From: Candidatus Thorarchaeota archaeon
GTDB taxonomy: Archaea > Asgardarchaeota > Thorarchaeia > Thorarchaeales > Thorarchaeaceae
Length of the DNA stretch: 18,999 nucleotides
Assembly: GCA_004524445.1 (NCBI GenBank)
Contig: SDNP01000042.1
Location: 1 to 18,999 of the forward strand
Reading direction: 5' to 3'
The notes below the pieces were generated by a model that was not told where the DNA came from, made no database searches, and saw nothing but the letters and a program-made list of their open reading frames with translations. The first letter of the stretch is position 1. Each line of letters starts with the position of its first letter. The translations under genes and the position numbers were made by a program. Positions 15,034 through 18,999 of this stretch are shown piece by piece.

Positions 15034-15951
15034 ATGAAGTGGGGTCTCGCTGTTGGTGTGCGACAAAATCTGGATGAAGTCCTGAGGGTTAGTGAAATAG
15101 CGTATCACGGGGGGATAGATCAAATATGGGTCGTGGATTTTCCGGCATCACAGCTAGCTTCGGTTGCTGCAACAATGCTTGCCAAATACGTACCTATGAG
15201 GTTGGGCATAGGATTGCTCTCTCCGCTGCTGTACTCTCCCCAACAAATGATAAGAATGATTCAATCTATCAGAGATAATTATGATATCGAAACCGACATA
15301 ATGGTGGGCAGTGGAGATCCGCTTTGGCTTTCGAGGGTCGGCCTTGAATATTCTTCTGGCCTAGTAGCAGTTAGAGCGGTCAGGGATGAAGTCATTGAAA
15401 TCATGGAATTGCTGAAGAAGAATGAACTCGCATCTCAGCTGCTATTGGCAGCACAAGGACCGAAGATGATTTCAATCGCACGACTGGGTGACGGTGTGTT
15501 GCTCAATTATTCTGACCCTACTATGATTCAGTGGGCAGTAAAACAAATGGGGACAATGCCAGAAGGCTATGTCAAGGGGGTCTTTCCACCCACAGCATTA
15601 GCTGACAAGACATACAGATTGCCAGAGTATGCGAAGAATGCGGCAGCTATTGTTGCATTGGGAACTAGTTCCAAGGTGTTAAAGAGATTCGGGCTTCTCG
15701 CTGAACTGAGTGGCCCAAAAAATGACTTAAACGAAAAAGGAGAATTAACAGCTGAAATTGTGAATTCTATTCCGGAGGAAATATTGAGTCGGTTCATCCT
15801 CCACTGTACACCCGATGACTTGAATGAGTATGTTTCATCCTTGGTCTCTATGGGAATTGATTTGATAGTGTTTGGACCCCCTTTGTCCAGCTTGGAACAG
15901 GGTGTAGAAATGCTGGTTAGTGCAAAGCAGAAATATAGTGAAGGCCAATGA
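15034..15951 (+). CDS. Second, more divergent LLM/Mer-like oxidoreductase
   Basis: ATG 15034 after GAGGGG, 13 nt after the previous stop. Motifs GIDQIWVVD, LGIGLLSP, LAAQGPKMISIA..GDGVLLN and GIDLIVFGPPL. Confidence 0.82.
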   Translation: MKWGLAVGVRQNLDEVLRVSEIAYHGGIDQIWVVDFPASQLASVAATMLAKYVPMRLGIGLLSPLLYSPQQMIRMIQSIRDNYDIETDIMVGSGDPLWLSRVGLEYSSGLVAVRAVRDEVIEIMELLKKNELASQLLLAAQGPKMISIARLGDGVLLNYSDPTMIQWAVKQMGTMPEGYVKGVFPPTALADKTYRLPEYAKNAAAIVALGTSSKVLKRFGLLAELSGPKNDLNEKGELTAEIVNSIPEEILSRFILHCTPDDLNEYVSSLVSMGIDLIVFGPPLSSLEQGVEMLVSAKQKYSEGQ

Positions 15952-15959
15952 TTCTGCTA

Positions 15960-17384
15960 CTAGATTCTGTAAGCGACGTGCGCAGCCAAATCAAACTCCA
16001 GAGGGTTACCACTCCACCCTCTGCGTCCATATGTCAAATTCTTAACAAGGTCTAGTATTGTCCGAGACCCGACCTGCTTGATTGTCATAATAGGTTGAAC
16101 TGACTTAACTCCGGGTTCCTCTTCTAACGTTCGCAGTATCTTATAGTAGTCTACTTGATGATAACTTGGAACTTGAATCCATATGATTATACCGCGTGAA
16201 GAGAGATAATATACTGATGTCGGAATCTTGCCAATGGCTGCAACCAATCGTGTTTTCCATTCATCTTCACATACAATCTCAAAGCAAAAGTTCGCGGAGA
16301 GCCCAGTACCGGCAAAGCTGACATAGGGAAGAAGAAGATCTCGGTTCTGCAGCTTCTTCATGGATTGGGCAACTTTTCTGGAATCGACCTCGATTCCCCT
16401 ATATCGTAATCCTTCAGATATTTTGCTAGGAGATGCGCGCACGTCCAGCTTCATCTCCGCACCTATGAAGAAATCAGTCTTAGTTAAGTCGGATGTATAT
16501 TCAGTAGACCACAAAATAGGCAGATTATCTGGGTCCTTCACTCCGTTTTCATAAATCAGGCTCGCAAATTCGTCAGGGAATGCCCATTTTCCCTCTCGGT
16601 ACAGAGAAATGTTCGAGGCAGCGCCGGTCCCTATTTGAGGATGAATACTCACATAATCAAAGACTGTCGTTGAGAGGGCTTTGATGCTCTCATAGAAAAC
16701 ACGCGAACACTCACTTGTACTTGGCAATACTATTGATATGTAGCCCAAATCGGTCATAGAAGTCTTAAGCAGTGTCTTTGTGAATGGGAAGGAATATAAT
16801 GCCCTTTCTATGACATCCCATTCTGAATCATCCCTCGGGATGAAGAAGACCATGATGTTTTGAAGATTGAATGCTACTTGATTAAGGAAGCAATGGAATC
16901 GTAATCCATTTCGGTCTCCTAATCTCTCAAGCGATCTTGATACCGTTTTAGGGGCAATATTCAGGTTTTCTGCGGCTTTGACCAATGTGCTAAAAGGATG
17001 GTCTGCAAAATAAGATAGTACTCTCAAATCGGAAGATTGTATCGGAGTTTCTTGGACCATGAATGCAAAGCTGTATGCAGAACGTAAAGAGTCGGTTGTG
17101 ACCAAATTGAATTTTCTTAGTGTTTTGAGATTATCAAGAAGTTTGCTTCTATAGGATTCACCTATTGGCAATAGCGTAGGGTTGGTAGGAGATCTAGAAA
17201 ACTCAGGGTTTTCCTTTAGTTCCTCAACTGCTTGTTTGGCATCTTCTATTGACAATGTGCCTGAGCTCAGAGCTAAGTAAATGCGCATTGCATCCAGATA
17301 AAATTTGGCAGATGGTTCGTCCACTGTTGGGATGATAGCATCGAATGGTGTGTGGATTCGCTCCAAACGTCTTGATGACTCCAA
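15960..17384 (-). CDS. Transcription regulator-like protein: N-terminal unknown domain plus two Lrp/AsnC-like (wHTH + RAM-like) modules
   Basis: HTH1 DLRVLSYF...STLVKAAENLNIAPKTVSRSLERL and HTH2 KTDF......RASPSKIS....VDSRKVAQSMKKLQNRDLL, each followed by a ferredoxin-like beta-alpha pattern. Confidence 0.7.
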   Translation of the reverse strand: MESSRRLERIHTPFDAIIPTVDEPSAKFYLDAMRIYLALSSGTLSIEDAKQAVEELKENPEFSRSPTNPTLLPIGESYRSKLLDNLKTLRKFNLVTTDSLRSAYSFAFMVQETPIQSSDLRVLSYFADHPFSTLVKAAENLNIAPKTVSRSLERLGDRNGLRFHCFLNQVAFNLQNIMVFFIPRDDSEWDVIERALYSFPFTKTLLKTSMTDLGYISIVLPSTSECSRVFYESIKALSTTVFDYVSIHPQIGTGAASNISLYREGKWAFPDEFASLIYENGVKDPDNLPILWSTEYTSDLTKTDFFIGAEMKLDVRASPSKISEGLRYRGIEVDSRKVAQSMKKLQNRDLLLPYVSFAGTGLSANFCFEIVCEDEWKTRLVAAIGKIPTSVYYLSSRGIIIWIQVPSYHQVDYYKILRTLEEEPGVKSVQPIMTIKQVGSRTILDLVKNLTYGRRGWSGNPLEFDLAAHVAYRI

Positions 17385-17465
17385 TTCAGGGACTTCCTAC
17401 TTCTGGACGAGTATAGATGACTCATGCTTCCTCGTCGTCAAAGCTCTTTAAGCTTAAGGGGTGGT

Positions 17466-18515
17466 TTACATGAGCCGAATGAGGAGCTCCTCTATTTCTA
17501 AAGTACGGGGGTAATTCTGTGCTATAAATGTACACATGTTAGTAGAGAGCCCAACCATTTCGGAGAAGATTTGACTTAAAGCTACCCATTCTATTGACTC
17601 GGGGATTTCCAACAACATGAGGACAAACTTGCTCCCAGAGAGTACTCTTGATTTTGGTAGTGACTCTGCTTGTGCATGCATAAGACGTGGTAGGTTGTCA
17701 TTTTCTCGGCGCTCCAAGCAAAGGGTGAAGGGGGTTGACAGTCCTATGTTCTGTATGCTCAAATATGGCTTCGCGATGCTTTCTTTGATGCGATTTATTT
17801 TTCTACGCAGCGTTCTTCCAGATGGCACTGAATATCCTAGATTGCTTGCTAGTTTCCTGATATCTGATGATGCTAAATGATAGTCATTTCCTAATGCCAG
17901 GGCAATCATAATATCTGTAAAGTCGAAGTCTTGGGATTCATCGGTGGAATCACTTGTATAGGATGGCAGTACATCTGCATAGCTCTTTGCAGCGCTGATT
18001 GTTGCGCCCAAGCGAAATCCACCTTCGAAATCCCAATTATTACCGTCGAATAGTCCCAAGTTGAAATGAACCGACTCGTGATGCACCAAATCATAGTTGA
18101 CTGTCAAGGAATACGGGCGTTTTGTAAAACGCTCAAGCTGTCTAGTGATATGTGAGAGGTGTCTACCCTCTGGCGCAAGTATTTCGAATAGGACCCGGTG
18201 ATCCATGCCAGAAGTCATGACCGATTCTTGTGAGGATATAATAAATGGATTAGACTCAAGCCAATTGTTGAATTTCTCTAAGGCATGGGATAGCTCGTTG
18301 TCACTGACCCAGCCAGCTATGTGGCGCAGGTCAAGTGCAGCATAGTCAATCTTACTCCTCACACGAAGTTCACATTCCCTCTCAAGTTTTGTCCAAATCT
18401 GATTCACAGCAGATCTTGTCACACCCAAATCGTTTGCCAAATCAACTTGACGTAGATGAGGAGAAATAGCCATGCGATTGAGTAGTCTGAGTTCCCCGCT
18501 TGCATATCGTCGCAC
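17466..18515 (-). CDS. Transcription regulator-like protein with two Lrp/AsnC-like modules
   Basis: HTH ELRLLNRM..SPHLRQVDLANDLGVTRSAVNQIWTKL and second HTH DIMIALAL...SGRTLRRKINRI. Likely GTG start 18515 after AGGGTGA (ORF open to 18551). Confidence 0.72.
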   Translation of the reverse strand: MRRYASGELRLLNRMAISPHLRQVDLANDLGVTRSAVNQIWTKLERECELRVRSKIDYAALDLRHIAGWVSDNELSHALEKFNNWLESNPFIISSQESVMTSGMDHRVLFEILAPEGRHLSHITRQLERFTKRPYSLTVNYDLVHHESVHFNLGLFDGNNWDFEGGFRLGATISAAKSYADVLPSYTSDSTDESQDFDFTDIMIALALGNDYHLASSDIRKLASNLGYSVPSGRTLRRKINRIKESIAKPYLSIQNIGLSTPFTLCLERRENDNLPRLMHAQAESLPKSRVLSGSKFVLMLLEIPESIEWVALSQIFSEMVGLSTNMCTFIAQNYPRTLEIEELLIRLM

Positions 18516-18542
18516 GTTGGTCACCCTGAAGACATAAGTGCA

Positions 18543-18610
18543 ATTGTACAATATTAAGGATTGTCCAAAAGTTTAGATGTTTCCCTTGTCAAATGTCCGG
18601 TTTGTAGAAA
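18543..18610. promoter_or_regulatory. Divergent promoter region with TATA-like box and repeated TTGT-NN-AA motifs
   Basis: Minus-strand TTAATA at ~18558-18553. Palindrome ATTGTACAAT at 18543-18552. TTGTACAA (18544), TTGTCCAA (18561), TTGTCAAA (18586), TTGTAGAA (18602). Confidence 0.4.
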
Positions 18611-18765
18611 ATTTCTCCGCGGATTTTGAGTAGCTCCGCTGCAAAGGGGCAGAACAGGCAGAAAGCCTCTCAGAGTGACGTCCATTCACCCAGTTTCTCT
18701 TATTATGTGGTCTGGACCTACAGGTGCTTGTGATCACTGAAGTGCCAATAGACTGGCACAACCAG

Positions 18766-18820
18766 CACTGGAAACAGAGTAGGCGCCTACCCTATTTCAG
18801 TGAAAACTGCACTCTGTTTC
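18766..18820. repeat. Three copies of a 10-bp motif forming overlapping inverted repeats
   Basis: GAAACAGAGT (18771-18780), ACCCTATTTC (18789-18798, reverse complement GAAATAGGGT) and ACTCTGTTTC (18811-18820, exact reverse complement of the first). Confidence 0.7.
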
Positions 18821-18847
18821 TAACGCAACCACCAAACAACCATACTA

Positions 18848-18999
18848 GTGAAAAGAGATTCGGAGGTGAAAAGAATTAGCAAAGACCGGATGAGGGCCAT
18901 CTATGAGCGCATGACAAAGGATCGTGCAGCCCTCGAATTACTGTCAATTGGCATAGTTAGTGGCATTGCCACAGTAGTGCAGCCGCCTTGTGAGGATCC
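18848..18999 (+). CDS. 5' part of an ORF running off the window (unknown product); start could be 18848, 18866, 18875 or 18890
   Basis: Frame open from 18824 to the end: (V)KRDSEVKRISKDRMRAIYERMTKDRAALELLSIGIVSGIATVVQPPCED. Strong Shine-Dalgarno GGAGGTGA at 18862-18869. Confidence 0.55.
   Translation, partial: MKRDSEVKRISKDRMRAIYERMTKDRAALELLSIGIVSGIATVVQPPCED

Noticed and set aside
6928-15797. Antisense/shadow ORFs (e.g. 6928-7338, 8499-8945, 9367-9675, 10197-10685, 12777-13212, 14597-14944, 15567-15797)
   Set aside because: They overlap well-supported genes on the opposite strand and have no recognisable motifs.
15960-18515. Siroheme decarboxylase AhbA/AhbB (NirDLGH), which also has Lrp-like folds
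   Set aside because: The conserved H.Y.R motif is not seen, and no heme-biosynthesis genes are adjacent.
18573-18761. 62-aa minus-strand ORF in the regulator intergenic region
   Set aside because: No RBS or protein motif, and it overlaps the promoter boxes and structured element.

Overview
Archaeal genomic window, most likely Asgard (Thorarchaeota-like; inferred from the archaeal 23S rRNA, AfpA/Mer-like genes, a WD40 propeller, double Lrp-like regulators and the solute-binding protein type). It opens with the 5' part of a minus-strand 23S rRNA gene. This gene has its own TATA promoter and structured leader, with no 16S gene or tRNA in front of it. About 18 protein genes follow: a family-5 ABC solute-binding protein (apparently circularly permuted), a bacterial-type RNase PH, a nucleotidyltransferase fused to two HEPN-like domains, a 178-aa protein resembling only the WED/REC half of TnpB/Cas12f (no RuvC), a 7-blade WD40 protein, an M28/glutaminyl-cyclase-like protein, a geranylgeranyl reductase, two GNATs, a nucleoside phosphorylase, two small Cys-rich proteins, a MIG-type T:G glycosylase, AfpA, two tandem Mer/LLM-like oxidoreductases and two tandem double-Lrp-like regulators. 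The regulators are divergent from a structured intergenic region and an ORF that runs off the window end. The best candidate for an undescribed system is the RuvC-less TnpB/Cas12f-like protein and its RNA-end-processing neighbourhood (rph and the NTase-2xHEPN gene). All assignments come from reading motifs by eye; no searches were run.
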